Virus record (IMG/VR): IMGVR_UViG_3300008735_000002 | Location: 32,001 to 96,000 of that record | Direction: 5' to 3' (one strand) | DNA from: a virus | Length of the DNA stretch: 64,000 nucleotides | Shown: positions 33,752-44,483 of the stretch, in pieces | Layout of the letters: each line of letters starts with the position of its first letter | Numbering within the stretch: the first letter of the stretch is position 1 | The notes under the pieces: model-generated | What the model saw: the letters and a program-made list of their open reading frames with translations, nothing else | Databases searched by the model: none | Told to the model about the DNA's origin: nothing | Translations under genes and position numbers: made by a program

Positions 33752-36700
33752 TAGACTTCTCCCTCAGTTGAACCATAGCCTTTAGAGATGCTGTCTGCAA
33801 AGCCCTCGAGGGTATCGGCATTGGTATCGGTGTTCTCGAAGCCTTGGACGTGAGAAGACCTTCTGTCACCGCCTGTAGCGGGTCTACCTGCACCACGTGA
33901 ATAATAATCTTGGCCAAGACCGCCAGCGATTCCACCGACTGGATAGTTGTAGGCCCGCATTGCTCCATTATTATCAAGACCCGGTACAATATCATGAATC
34001 GGACTAAAGGATACGCTACACTTTATGAACTGCGGTGCTCTTCGGCCTATGCCGCGCATATCCCACATGGCTTCGCCCCAGTCCATGTCAAAGCTAGTTA
34101 TAACCCCTGCTAAACCCCTTCCGCCAGCTGCCTCGAATGAACGCACAATCGCGTTGTTGTTAGGATTAAAGAAATTGTAGATATCAGTTACTTGATCTTC
34201 TAACGTTATCTCAGTCGTTGCTTCAGCTTCCGCAGGTGCCGGATAAACGGGAGATAAATCCGCGCTTGTAACAACATAAGCATGTGTGTGCCCCTTCGCG
34301 GTCACCGGACCATACGGATCTGCTGGATCATCCACGTCTGATAGCGTTACAAGATACTCAGTGTAGATACCTTCATCTCTTAGATCTTCATTTGCATCAG
34401 TCTCCATATTAATTTCACCACCAGCAAAATTACCTGAAGAATCTGACACTCTTCTAGCTAGAACCCGGACTAGCGCCTCGGAATAAAATCGCGACCGAAA
34501 CGGAGTCGACTCAATATGGTCACCAGATGTAGGTGGAGGTGGAGGAAACATCGACGCCCAATCACCAGAGTTGTAGTATCCCGCGGGATCCGCTGGGTTG
34601 CTCTTGTCTGCGTCCATATCATAAGTAGTATAACCTTCCCCGTTAGCTTTCATGATAGCGATACCGCGCATATCACTACCTGGATCAGAAATGCTTCCGG
34701 GCCAATACCCAAAGTTTGGATCGTCATATACCACAGGTTGTTCTGCAATGGCGTCATTTATCGCGGCGATAGTGGCGGCATGCTCAGAAGCGGCTTCATC
34801 TTCCGCTATCTGCTGTTGCGCTTCTGCCTCGGCGGCATAAGTCAGATCAAACGGAGCACCTGCCCAATCGTTCCCAGCGGAATCTACTCCGCCAGCCGGT
34901 ACTGAGGTACCTCCTGCAGATGCTGGCAGAGCAGGAATTGCTTCGGACATTCCAAAAATACGAGCAAGATCAAAGCGACTGTAATTGCTGCGAATAACGT
35001 CACCGACACGCAAGCGTATAACGGGAGATGCAGTGGGTATTTGAGAAAATGGCATAACGAATTTCTTGTTACCGGCCTTAACGGGCTTACCCATAGAAAA
35101 TTGTGGGTAACACATCGAAACTAGCTTATTGACGCTCCACCACATTGAATCAAAGTCTTCGGGGTCAGTTGCAACCAGCGTCCATGTTAATGAAATAGAG
35201 CGAGAAGTATTTTGATAAATCTTAACAGGATCAATACGTCCATAACCCGCTGACTCAGCATAACTGACAGAATATGAGTCTGAGAGAGACTCTAGAAATG
35301 CGTGGAAGGAAATCACTTCATTAGTTCTTAAATCATGAAAATAAAACGGACAATATTCAGAATCAAGCTCATCTTCAACTGCGTCTAAATACTCTTTGGG
35401 TAATCGATGAGATGCCACCAGAGCAACTTTTCGGCGCTGGCTGGAGACGTTTGAACCATCCGGATACCGTGGGGCACCTTTAGTATTCCAATATTGACTC
35501 GGAGAATTAGTCTCCGCATCACCGAGCTTCACCATATTGCCAAGAGCATAACCTGCCCTATAACCGTATAAAAGAAAAGCATTTGAGTACTTCTGTGGTA
35601 ATAGGATGAGGGACGGTGATGATCGGTGGCGCCATGCCAGCATCTTACCTGCTGCTCGACTTTTTCCCTGTCGTGTTTGGCCATTGTTCGGCATGTCATC
35701 AATCGAATCAACGATCGCAAACTCTCTCCTGTGCATGCCCAAGAATGTACTACCCATTTGCGCAAGGGTGCAATAAAAACGCCAAGAGCGATATCGGTTC
35801 AACGCTGTTATTAGGTTGAAGAGGATTACAGCAGGATCAGGTGAAGTGGGTACAAGGTCTATAAGGTTGTTAAGCAATTGCTTCATATCTATTCTGATCG
35901 AACGTAAAATTGTTGCATAATACCCAGAAGAATATTGCATGTTACGGAAATTTGGGATCGGGTCAGGAAACAGCAGCCCCGCAAACCAGACTGCTAGCAC
36001 AAGCGGAGCAGGAGTCGATGGAAACGGAGGTGACGGGAGCCCAGAGGGAGGCGGTGCGGCAGAATCACCGGGAGCAATCTGCATCTTGAAGAAAGCGACC
36101 ACTCCCCAACATACGCATGTATGGAAATCATCATTCAAGCCACCTGGGATTGATAATTTTTTAAGAAGCTTTGCGCTACCGACAACTTTACGATGTTGGC
36201 CCTTCCTCATATTTTGAGGATTTGTGGGATCTGGTATCGTACTCGCGGATGCAACGCTCTCTATAATCGTCATAACTGCGCCGAATACTGTACACAGCGC
36301 TGCCATCTCAGCCAGCGCGGTGACGCCTGTCAAAACCTGCGGGACGGTCGCAAATTCAAATTTTTCATATGGGTTATTTAGCGTACCCACGCTCTTCTGC
36401 GGAAGTAGAGGTGATCCATCTATGTCGTCGTAACGTAGCTCTGCGTTGTCGATAGAGGGTCGGTCAGGCGCATGATAAGCATTCTCTGCTCGAATGTCTT
36501 CAGTAGAAACCTCTTGTGCACCAGTCTGTACGAATGTGGGCAGTATACTCTCTGCCATCGCAGCGACACCTACAGGATCCTGATTTCCCATTCTATGTCC
36601 AGAAGCCCTCATGAGCATTGAGTAGGCGACCTTTTGCATATCATCAATGCTAGTTCTATTGGCATATTGATTATATACACCGTACGCGCCCTGCTCTACA

Positions 36701-37308
36701 GGAATTCCTGGTTCGGTGAATTCACCGTGCTCAATATAGGGAGAACTAGTGGGCATGGGATCAAAACGATTTCTGCCCAATAGTGAAGAAATTTTGTGCT
36801 GGACGGGTGTCGCACCAGCAGGGTTATCAAAGGCGGTCTGACCAGACGTACCACCTATACCGGGAACATCATTTTCCTGGGTTGAGACAATATCGCGATA
36901 AAGAAAGTGGCCGTCATTTTGTGAATTTTTGTCTATGATATCTTGAAGACCGCTAGAGCTACCCTCGAATTGTCCAGAGTTACTTAACGTTTCAAATTTT
37001 CTAACAGCAGCTTCAGAAGCGTGGTCACCCGTTGGGAATGTGTCCGTAAACCCAGCAGTCTCATCTTGACCACCAGTCACAAATTCAGCTGGGGTACCGT
37101 CAGGATTCACAAGCGAAAATTCACTACGCGGATTGTTGGGGGAAATCGGAAACTTGTTCCCCATCATCGCGTCGGTTGTTATTGAGCTTAAATACGAAGC
37201 AAGGGTATCCTTGGCAGGGATTGATAAATCATCCCCAACTACAAAAGTATCACCATCACCAGTCGGTTCTGGAATAAAATCACTTGATGTAGGATCGTCA
37301 GCGCTCAT
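33751..37308 (-). CDS. Large tail/baseplate protein containing a tube-initiator-like domain
   Basis: Follows the tape measure gene; the segment PFYFHDL...FHAFLESLSDSYS.SY....GYGR.DPV.IYQNT.R.ISL.W resembles gp48/gp54/gpU-type proteins. Confidence 0.55.
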   Translation of the reverse strand: MSADDPTSSDFIPEPTGDGDTFVVGDDLSIPAKDTLASYLSSITTDAMMGNKFPISPNNPRSEFSLVNPDGTPAEFVTGGQDETAGFTDTFPTGDHASEAAVRKFETLSNSGQFEGSSSGLQDIIDKNSQNDGHFLYRDIVSTQENDVPGIGGTSGQTAFDNPAGATPVQHKISSLLGRNRFDPMPTSSPYIEHGEFTEPGIPVEQGAYGVYNQYANRTSIDDMQKVAYSMLMRASGHRMGNQDPVGVAAMAESILPTFVQTGAQEVSTEDIRAENAYHAPDRPSIDNAELRYDDIDGSPLLPQKSVGTLNNPYEKFEFATVPQVLTGVTALAEMAALCTVFGAVMTIIESVASASTIPDPTNPQNMRKGQHRKVVGSAKLLKKLSIPGGLNDDFHTCVCWGVVAFFKMQIAPGDSAAPPPSGLPSPPFPSTPAPLVLAVWFAGLLFPDPIPNFRNMQYSSGYYATILRSIRIDMKQLLNNLIDLVPTSPDPAVILFNLITALNRYRSWRFYCTLAQMGSTFLGMHRREFAIVDSIDDMPNNGQTRQGKSRAAGKMLAWRHRSSPSLILLPQKYSNAFLLYGYRAGYALGNMVKLGDAETNSPSQYWNTKGAPRYPDGSNVSSQRRKVALVASHRLPKEYLDAVEDELDSEYCPFYFHDLRTNEVISFHAFLESLSDSYSVSYAESAGYGRIDPVKIYQNTSRSISLTWTLVATDPEDFDSMWWSVNKLVSMCYPQFSMGKPVKAGNKKFVMPFSQIPTASPVIRLRVGDVIRSNYSRFDLARIFGMSEAIPALPASAGGTSVPAGGVDSAGNDWAGAPFDLTYAAEAEAQQQIAEDEAASEHAATIAAINDAIAEQPVVYDDPNFGYWPGSISDPGSDMRGIAIMKANGEGYTTYDMDADKSNPADPAGYYNSGDWASMFPPPPPTSGDHIESTPFRSRFYSEALVRVLARRVSDSSGNFAGGEINMETDANEDLRDEGIYTEYLVTLSDVDDPADPYGPVTAKGHTHAYVVTSADLSPVYPAPAEAEATTEITLEDQVTDIYNFFNPNNNAIVRSFEAAGGRGLAGVITSFDMDWGEAMWDMRGIGRRAPQFIKCSVSFSPIHDIVPGLDNNGAMRAYNYPVGGIAGGLGQDYYSRGAGRPATGGDRRSSHVQGFENTDTNADTLEGFADSISKGYGSTEGEV

Positions 37309-37314
37309 AAGACC

Positions 37315-37539
37315 TTATTCTCTATCTTCCTTAAGTATTCGCTCTTTTAACTTTTCCATAACAGCTTCATCGTTAAAAGCATTCTTCAGAACATCAAGAG
37401 CTTTTTGAAGCTGCGGGTATAAATCTGTCCCCAATATCTTTTTTGCTTCCTCTGACAGATCTGCTTTCTCATTATCCGTTAATTCATCAAGAGATTTCTC
37501 ACGCATAGTTTTAGTTTTGTCTTCTTTGCTCATTTTCAT
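37315..37539 (-). CDS. Small hypothetical protein
   Basis: 74 aa, charged and helical; AAGGAG RBS. Confidence 0.6.
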   Translation of the reverse strand: MKMSKEDKTKTMREKSLDELTDNEKADLSEEAKKILGTDLYPQLQKALDVLKNAFNDEAVMEKLKERILKEDRE

Positions 37540-37547
37540 AGTCTCCT

Positions 37548-40500
37548 TTATTCACCGCCGGCGGCTGCTAGCGGGGTTGTCATAACTGATTTATCTACCA
37601 ACACCTTTCCTACCTTGTTGGCGTCCATAGTTACCTGAACGTTTAAAGTTATATTAACCGGTTCGTTTGTAATTGTGAAGGACCCATCGCCTGTTCCGAT
37701 CGCTGAAGCGAAGTTGTCAAGCGCAACTGCAGCGCTTACTTCGCCTATGCTGTTTAGCGCTTCGATTGAAGCCACAACCTCAGCGACCATCTCAGTGACT
37801 GCTGCTGCCATTCCGCCACCCTCGAACATCGCCATATAACCAGATAACTCATTAATCTTCTCGCCAAAAGTTACCATCTTGGTTAGAGCCTCTATCCCAA
37901 GGTCAAACTTCGTTAATAGCGCGGCATCCCAGGTACCTGTGTTATCTGCTAGGGCTTCGAAGACATCTCCGATATCGTAATAACCATCCCAATAAATCAG
38001 GTGCTTCACAGCACTCATCATATTTGCAATCGCCATGCTTGCGCCGCCCTCAAAGTTACTCCCCTCAAGAGAACCTATAACATCTGCAAACTTCGTCACC
38101 GCGTCCATGGCCAAACCAACCACTTCAAGCTTCTTCACCGCTGCATCGGGATTGGCGATCTTAACAGAAAGAACTGCTTCGATTAGCGACGGTAAGTGCA
38201 TCTTAACAGCCTGTACAATACGTGCTATCATTTGCATCAATTCGCCCAAGCTTTCCTGTAGGGTTTTGCCTGCAGAAAACCAACCAGCTGTTTTGGTGGG
38301 TGGCATTAGTTCTCCAATCGCACCGATGGATTCACCAAATTTGGCCACGGCTTCCATAGCCATTGCGACAAGCTTAACCTTGACTTCTGCTGCTTTCGCA
38401 TCAATATTGTCTGGTACTGCTTCTATAACTGCCTTTATAATCTGCGGTAGATTACCCTTGATCATGTTGAATATTGAGGTAAATATTGGCTTCATTTCGC
38501 TAAGCGTTTGACCCATCGATGGGCCCGACTTGACAAACCAGCCAGACTGTTGGCTTGCATTTCTATCCATGAACATCTGCGCTATCGAACCAACAGCCTC
38601 GATTAGTTTCGCTACAGCTGATACTGCTGCTCCTATAACCTCAGCCTTCACTCTTGCCATCTCAGGATTATCCCCGATGTTAATCTTTAAGATGTCGGCG
38701 ATCATTGGAGGAATGTGTTCCTTGACTGCGCCCATAATGGTTCCCATCATGTCGCCATACGTCTTCATAAGACTGGCAGCACCTTCAGGATCTCCAGACC
38801 TCATAAATCCACCACCAGCCAGATCGGCAATCGCATCCATCAATCCAGGCGGGGGCTGCATGGCTTGAATCAGGTTCCCAATCGCAGCCAAAACTCCACC
38901 AATCGCTTCGAGTTTTGCAATATCACCCTCTTTCATCACAGATAACATCTTTACAAGCGCAAAGATAAGTTCCTTTGCTCCACCGAAAATAGCATTGATA
39001 AAGCCAGCTGCGCCTTCTAATATCGCACCAGACTCTCCACCACCTGAGCTTGCCAAAACATCAAGCATCGCGATCTTATAAACAAGGTCACCCATCTGCT
39101 TAACGGCATCAAAGACTTTCAGCAACGCATTGATTTTTAATATGAATAATTTCGGATCCCCGATTGGCATATCAGCGATTATACGCAGAGCAGGAACTAA
39201 CGAGTCCAGCATAGCATCTGCCATCTTCTTTACGACCCTAAAGCCCGCTTCGATCGGTTTCATCATACCCGGGAAAAGATACTTCACTAATGACTTCGCA
39301 GATATCGACATCTCGATAATCGCGTCCATGGCCATCTGCATGCCTATCGCTATCCACATTAATTCTTTGCCATCAATACCCGACATCGATGACATTAATT
39401 CTTGCAGCGCCGGTGCAAACGTCTTTGAGACTACAAAGGTGAACGCAGCCGCGGCGATCAGGCCGACACCACCGACAATCATAATAGGAATCATCAGTGC
39501 CACCAGGGCGCTGGTTCCAGCAAGAAGTACAAGCGCTAACATGGCCAGCGTTAACTGTAACATCGTGACAATAACACCCGGTAAATCAACAGAACTATAA
39601 ACAGACTGGAATAACTGGAACGCCAGGCCGAGCACAGATAAACCAACCGCCACAAATAATGCACCCAACAACGCACCGACTGTGTCCATACCGGCATAAA
39701 GATTGAAGAGCAGTGCCGTCGCACCGATAGCAGCTGTTAACAAAACAATTCCAAGAAGGAAAAGCATGCTCATCGCTATGGTACCCATATCAAGTGAATT
39801 TATTATCATCGATGCCACCCACAAGGCGCCCAAAAATGCTACCACACCAACAAGCATGAAAAGAGCGCCCATAAGCATGGGCCCGATTGCAGAGCCGGCT
39901 TTCTGCATTGGCTTAGAAGCCTTAATTAGCAATACCGTAGCGCCAACTGCGAGCAGCATAACCACCAAGCCCATAAGGCCCTTCATAATATTACCAAAAC
40001 CAACTTCGCCAACTACGACGCCAACAGCACCGATGCCTAAGGCAAATGCGCTACCACCGATAACCAGTAACGCCCCAGCTTTCACCAAATTCTGAGTACG
40101 CTTCTTTGTCACGTTCAGCTTGGATGCTGCTTTTATCATCGGTACCATCGCAAAGATTGCGGCCGCCATTAGAATTACGCCGAATGTTCCAGCTAGTATT
40201 TTTCCGAAACCGACCTGTGAGACCACTTCACCGACGACCCCCAAGCCAACTACGAAAGCAGCTCCACCGACTGTCATCATTAGAGCTGCGGCGAGGAGTT
40301 TTCCGATAGACTTTGTAATTTGGCCTTCTTGCATCTCGTTAGCAGTTTCGACCATGAACTTAGTTGCCCATATCCCTCCTACCAACGCAATGACAGCGGC
40401 GACGACAGCCATAAATGGAACAGAAGACAAGATCTTCGCCATCAATGTTATCCCTATGGCGAACAAGATCATTGCGGGAATCATTGCAGCTGCCAGCAAC

Positions 40501-42920
40501 GTTAAATTGATCGCTGCCTTTCCGATATCTTTTTTATCTATTCCGCCAACTTTCTCTATAAAGCACTTCAGGCCGTCGGCCAGCCCACCCATACCTTCTC
40601 TAATACCATCACCGGTGGATTTAGCATTCCCTTGATTGGCTCTGCCGGCGTCGTCGGTAACACCGCCCATCAGTCCGATAAGTTTATCTGTCGCCATCTT
40701 TATGAGCGCGCCCTTGGCGGCAGTAAGAGCACCTGTCAAAATCATTTTTCCAAACACAAACGCAGCCATGGCACCACCGACCATGAGGATCTTATCTCCA
40801 TGCTTCTCAAAAACTGCGCTAAGAAGATCCAGTATCGCGTCTAAAAGAACTGGAGCTGCCTCTATTAGCGCTGACCCAATTCCAGAAAGCGCTTCGACTA
40901 GAGCTCCGCCAATGCCCTTCTCACCAGCATTTTTAACTGCATCTGGGTTTCTAATATAGTCTGCGATTCCCTTAATCATGTCCGCAAACTTTCCAACGAT
41001 CCACGGTATCATCCCGGCGATAAACGCCCCGACCATCTCGATACCTTTGATGAGCGCGTTCTTAAGCTTCTGCATGGCTGGACCTTTTTTGCCAAAGAAC
41101 TTCTCGAATTCTTTGCCCATATCTTCAGCCATGTTCTGAGGACTGTACGTCCCTTTTCCGGTCAGCGAATCCTTGAATCGTTTGAATATCCCCAAAAGAC
41201 CAGTACCGGTTAGGCCGCCCTTCTCGTTAATACCCAAAAGGTCTCTCAAGTCTTTGGGATCGAACAGATCTTTAAGGCCGTCCCACACTCCTAAATCGCC
41301 CATAAGATCAGCAAACATCTTTCCAAGCTGTTCACCGAACTGAAACACAACCTTTAAGGAATCACGAATCTGCTGGATAACTGCCTGAAATTCCTCGGAA
41401 GACGCCAGGCCTTTCATGAACCCCTTAGCGAACGAATCAAAGAAGCCCTCGACTCCGCCGCCGCCGCCTTCTGTCATTTTCTCAATAGAGTCAGCAAGCT
41501 TAGACATCGCTTCTTCTTGCGACATAGCGTTCTCTTCAGCGTCTTCAGCTCCAGCCTCAAGATCCTCATAAGATACGCCCTGGTTTTCTGCGGCTAACGC
41601 ATTCTCCATAGCGGATACAGATAGACCCATTTGCTCAGCAAGGAGTGCCTTCTCTTGTCGAGTCATATCTTCGACTGACTTGCCAGCCTCGTGGAACGCA
41701 TCACGCATCATGTCAATTCGCTCAGCAGGATTCTCAGCGTTCATCATCTCCATAGTATCAAGCTGCATTCCGAAAGCTTGGTTCAATTGAGAAACAGAAC
41801 CAGCAGCATCTTCAAAGTTGTCGAACTTGCTGATAACGCCCTGGAGGTCTTTTGCCTCTAGCCCTAATTTCGCCATATAGGTTGCAGTTGCACCAAGCTG
41901 CTTAACACTCATATTACCGAAGTTCGCAACATCTTCAGTAAGAGCAGACATATTCGCACCGATTATCTTGCTCGAAACCCCAAACTTGTCGCCCATCTGA
42001 ATTGCCATACTCGCGGTGGCGGTTAACATATCACCGACATCTTCGCCGGCGTTTTGAGCTTTTCTTGTCATTTCAGCAAGGGCTTCATTGGTCATTCCCA
42101 AGCCCTTGTTCATCGTAACCATCATCGCAGCATTTTCAGCAATGGAATCTGAAAGCATACTGAATGCAGCCCCAGCTGCTCTAGCGACTTCAGCAACAGC
42201 CTCTAGTGCTGCTGCCATCCCAGCGCTTCCCCGACCAAAAACCTCACTAACACTAAGGCCGGTCTGCGCGAGGGCACCAGTCGATGACGTAAGGTCATCA
42301 AAGCCATCCATTATGGCCTTACCCTCATTAGACGCTAACGAACCGAACTCACCCCTGAGTTTTTCCATAGCTTGAGTTAGTGCGCTAACTCCGCCGCCGC
42401 CGGTCGTCGCCATATCCACCAAGCCGCCAAGCATCTTGAATGGCATCGAAATAATCGCTGTACCAACACTCATGAATCCACTAGCCATGGAACTTAACGT
42501 ACCCACAACCATGGTTAGCGTTGCCTTGGCGCTATTGAATCCTTTGATTATTCCGCTAGCAGCCGATGCGGCAGCAACGTCTGCTGTCTTGATCTCCTTG
42601 ACCATTTCGCCAAAGCTTTTGGTAGTCCCATCGGCGGCGCCCCCAGCTTCATCTATAGCGCCGGCGACGTCTCGCTGACCGTCTGCTGCGGCTTGTGCAT
42701 TTGAGGCAGCATCTTGAAGACCGCTATTTATTTCGTCGAGCCTTGCGGCGACCTGGTCTAAATCTTTGCACTCTAAAGCTTTGCACAATTGTATTGCTAG
42801 CTGCGTTTGGCTGGTCAGCTTTTTCGCTTGGGCATCCATCAGCGCAGCGCGCTCATTCAGCAGTTTATTGATCTGCTGCTGGATTCCTAATTGGTTCTGT
42901 AGCTCTTTTGAGTCAGGCAT
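37548..42920 (-). CDS. Tail tape measure protein
   Basis: 1790 aa, Ala/Gly/Met-rich and helical with a long hydrophobic central region; downstream of the tube and chaperone genes. Confidence 0.88.
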   Translation of the reverse strand: MPDSKELQNQLGIQQQINKLLNERAALMDAQAKKLTSQTQLAIQLCKALECKDLDQVAARLDEINSGLQDAASNAQAAADGQRDVAGAIDEAGGAADGTTKSFGEMVKEIKTADVAAASAASGIIKGFNSAKATLTMVVGTLSSMASGFMSVGTAIISMPFKMLGGLVDMATTGGGGVSALTQAMEKLRGEFGSLASNEGKAIMDGFDDLTSSTGALAQTGLSVSEVFGRGSAGMAAALEAVAEVARAAGAAFSMLSDSIAENAAMMVTMNKGLGMTNEALAEMTRKAQNAGEDVGDMLTATASMAIQMGDKFGVSSKIIGANMSALTEDVANFGNMSVKQLGATATYMAKLGLEAKDLQGVISKFDNFEDAAGSVSQLNQAFGMQLDTMEMMNAENPAERIDMMRDAFHEAGKSVEDMTRQEKALLAEQMGLSVSAMENALAAENQGVSYEDLEAGAEDAEENAMSQEEAMSKLADSIEKMTEGGGGGVEGFFDSFAKGFMKGLASSEEFQAVIQQIRDSLKVVFQFGEQLGKMFADLMGDLGVWDGLKDLFDPKDLRDLLGINEKGGLTGTGLLGIFKRFKDSLTGKGTYSPQNMAEDMGKEFEKFFGKKGPAMQKLKNALIKGIEMVGAFIAGMIPWIVGKFADMIKGIADYIRNPDAVKNAGEKGIGGALVEALSGIGSALIEAAPVLLDAILDLLSAVFEKHGDKILMVGGAMAAFVFGKMILTGALTAAKGALIKMATDKLIGLMGGVTDDAGRANQGNAKSTGDGIREGMGGLADGLKCFIEKVGGIDKKDIGKAAINLTLLAAAMIPAMILFAIGITLMAKILSSVPFMAVVAAVIALVGGIWATKFMVETANEMQEGQITKSIGKLLAAALMMTVGGAAFVVGLGVVGEVVSQVGFGKILAGTFGVILMAAAIFAMVPMIKAASKLNVTKKRTQNLVKAGALLVIGGSAFALGIGAVGVVVGEVGFGNIMKGLMGLVVMLLAVGATVLLIKASKPMQKAGSAIGPMLMGALFMLVGVVAFLGALWVASMIINSLDMGTIAMSMLFLLGIVLLTAAIGATALLFNLYAGMDTVGALLGALFVAVGLSVLGLAFQLFQSVYSSVDLPGVIVTMLQLTLAMLALVLLAGTSALVALMIPIMIVGGVGLIAAAAFTFVVSKTFAPALQELMSSMSGIDGKELMWIAIGMQMAMDAIIEMSISAKSLVKYLFPGMMKPIEAGFRVVKKMADAMLDSLVPALRIIADMPIGDPKLFILKINALLKVFDAVKQMGDLVYKIAMLDVLASSGGGESGAILEGAAGFINAIFGGAKELIFALVKMLSVMKEGDIAKLEAIGGVLAAIGNLIQAMQPPPGLMDAIADLAGGGFMRSGDPEGAASLMKTYGDMMGTIMGAVKEHIPPMIADILKINIGDNPEMARVKAEVIGAAVSAVAKLIEAVGSIAQMFMDRNASQQSGWFVKSGPSMGQTLSEMKPIFTSIFNMIKGNLPQIIKAVIEAVPDNIDAKAAEVKVKLVAMAMEAVAKFGESIGAIGELMPPTKTAGWFSAGKTLQESLGELMQMIARIVQAVKMHLPSLIEAVLSVKIANPDAAVKKLEVVGLAMDAVTKFADVIGSLEGSNFEGGASMAIANMMSAVKHLIYWDGYYDIGDVFEALADNTGTWDAALLTKFDLGIEALTKMVTFGEKINELSGYMAMFEGGGMAAAVTEMVAEVVASIEALNSIGEVSAAVALDNFASAIGTGDGSFTITNEPVNITLNVQVTMDANKVGKVLVDKSVMTTPLAAAGGE

Positions 42921-42953
42921 CTAACAAACCACCCTGTATACCATTGCATACAC

Positions 42954-42960
42954 TAAATAT
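42954..42960 (-). promoter_or_regulatory. Candidate late-promoter motif ATATTTA
   Basis: 34 nt upstream of the tape-measure ATG. Confidence 0.45.
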
Positions 42961-42993
42961 GGTAAACAGAATTCTACAAACAATAAATTGATA

Positions 42994-43242
42994 TTAGAAG
43001 GGCCAAACAAACCCTGTCTTCGCATGTAGAAGTTTTGCAGCTTTTTTCTTCGACTCTAAGACGGGAATAACATCGCTTATATTCTTCTTCGTCTCGAGAA
43101 CCACATAAAGCGCTCTAGACTCTCTTAGCGTCCGCGCGAACAAATCAATCGTTTTTTCAGATCCGCTCAATTTTATTTCAGCGATTTCACCGCTGATGTA
43201 TCTGGCGCAATCTTTTAGAAACTGTCTTTTAGCTGCATTCAT
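42994..43242 (-). CDS. Small hypothetical protein
   Basis: ATG at 43242 with a GAGGTG RBS; ends GFVWPF. Confidence 0.65.
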   Translation of the reverse strand: MNAAKRQFLKDCARYISGEIAEIKLSGSEKTIDLFARTLRESRALYVVLETKKNISDVIPVLESKKKAAKLLHAKTGFVWPF

Positions 43243-43262
43243 TTCCAACACCTCTAAGATAA

Positions 43263-43469
43263 CTATGTGAATCTACGTAATTTTGCTGGAACTTGTGACC
43301 TATATCTTCCCATCATCGCTCTTGCGTCAGGGGAATTTTGGTGTGCCGCGTGGGTTGATTGGTTCTTGTTAGATTTCTTTATCTCATCGTTGAGTCGCCG
43401 AATGAACCAATGTCGAATCCACACGGGGACGTTGTAGGCTTCTATATACGAGAAGCCCATATAGTACAT
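43263..43469 (-). CDS. Probable frameshift-accessed C-terminal extension of the tail assembly chaperone (GT-like)
   Basis: No SD before the ATG at 43469; the frame is open upstream through the T7 run at 43521-43527 in the chaperone 3' end. Confidence 0.6.
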   Translation of the reverse strand: MYYMGFSYIEAYNVPVWIRHWFIRRLNDEIKKSNKNQSTHAAHQNSPDARAMMGRYRSQVPAKLRRFT

Positions 43470-43506
43470 CAGCAGAAATATCTGCTCTAAATAGAACTCT
43501 TTTGTA

Positions 43507-44358
43507 CTATGAGTCAGGCCAAAAAAACGCCGCCCCCAGGGGCAGTCTAACCTCCGAGTGCTCTAGACATGCTGGACAATCCATCCAGGCCTTCATATCT
43601 ATACCCGGCTCGTTTTTATCAATATGCTTGCGCAAAAACAACGAATCTCTTGCGGGCAGACTAGAGGCGAACATATCGAGCTTCGTGCGATCTGTCACGC
43701 CATTTACAGCGACAATGGAGTATCTCAATCTTTGTGTTACAAGATTCTCTGAACGTTGTCCCTGCTTCTTACGGCGCTCTGACGCCGTCATAATATCTTG
43801 TTCATCAGTACCAGTAAGAAGCTTAAAACGGCACTTCGCTTTAGTCACAGGAAGCTTAACCTCAAAAATATTCGTTCCATTTGTAATTGGATCAATTTCC
43901 AACCGCTTAATCGGAAGTTCACCCAGATTAAAAGATTGCTTTGAGCGCTCACTGCATGCTGGACAATCAACCTCTACGTTATAATCAGCGCCGTAGCCTG
44001 TCACACGTAGAGCAACCATCAGGGCATTTCTATCCCCAGCGAGCATTGAGTCTGGATCGACTCTCTTATCAATCATACACGACTTGATGAGATGACTTAT
44101 TACTGTCCCTTTCTTGATTAGGGCTTTTGAAGTAAGAATATCTTCTTCTCGAGCCGTCATCGCTCGAATCTCAACAGTATTTTTTCCGGAGAGGGGGTGA
44201 TCAGCATCATAACACTTTCCACCCGACGGTAGCGGTACCGTCTCTACAGGAATTTCAAAGCCAAAATCATCTTTCATAACATTTCTGGCTGGCATGTGCT
44301 CTTTCATCGAACCAAATATTTCACTTCGTTCGGTGGGACCACCTTTTTCAGTTGACAT
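43507..44358 (-). CDS. Tail/baseplate assembly chaperone
   Basis: Between the tube and tape measure genes; LPSGG..Y, IRAMTAREEDILT, two CPAC motifs; ends AFFWPDS. Confidence 0.7.
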   Translation of the reverse strand: MSTEKGGPTERSEIFGSMKEHMPARNVMKDDFGFEIPVETVPLPSGGKCYDADHPLSGKNTVEIRAMTAREEDILTSKALIKKGTVISHLIKSCMIDKRVDPDSMLAGDRNALMVALRVTGYGADYNVEVDCPACSERSKQSFNLGELPIKRLEIDPITNGTNIFEVKLPVTKAKCRFKLLTGTDEQDIMTASERRKKQGQRSENLVTQRLRYSIVAVNGVTDRTKLDMFASSLPARDSLFLRKHIDKNEPGIDMKAWMDCPACLEHSEVRLPLGAAFFWPDS

Positions 44359-44432
44359 ACGTACACCTCATATTAGTTTCCAACATTATGATTATCTTAA
44401 ACCGGGGAGGTGGGGTGTAAAACAAACCACAT

Positions 44433-44463
44433 AAAAAAAGAGCGCGGTAAACCGCGCTCTTTA
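44433..44463 (-). terminator. Rho-independent terminator after the tail tube gene
   Basis: Stem AAAGAGCGCGG/CCGCGCTCTTT with a 4-nt loop, followed by a T-tract. Confidence 0.82.
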
Positions 44464-44483
44464 ATAGGAAGTAAATGTAATGA

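Noticed and set aside
13590-43266. ATAnTTA motifs at 13590, 27679 and 43260 (and one at 3736)
   Set aside because: They overlap upstream stop codons, so they may be coincidental; not counted as late promoters.
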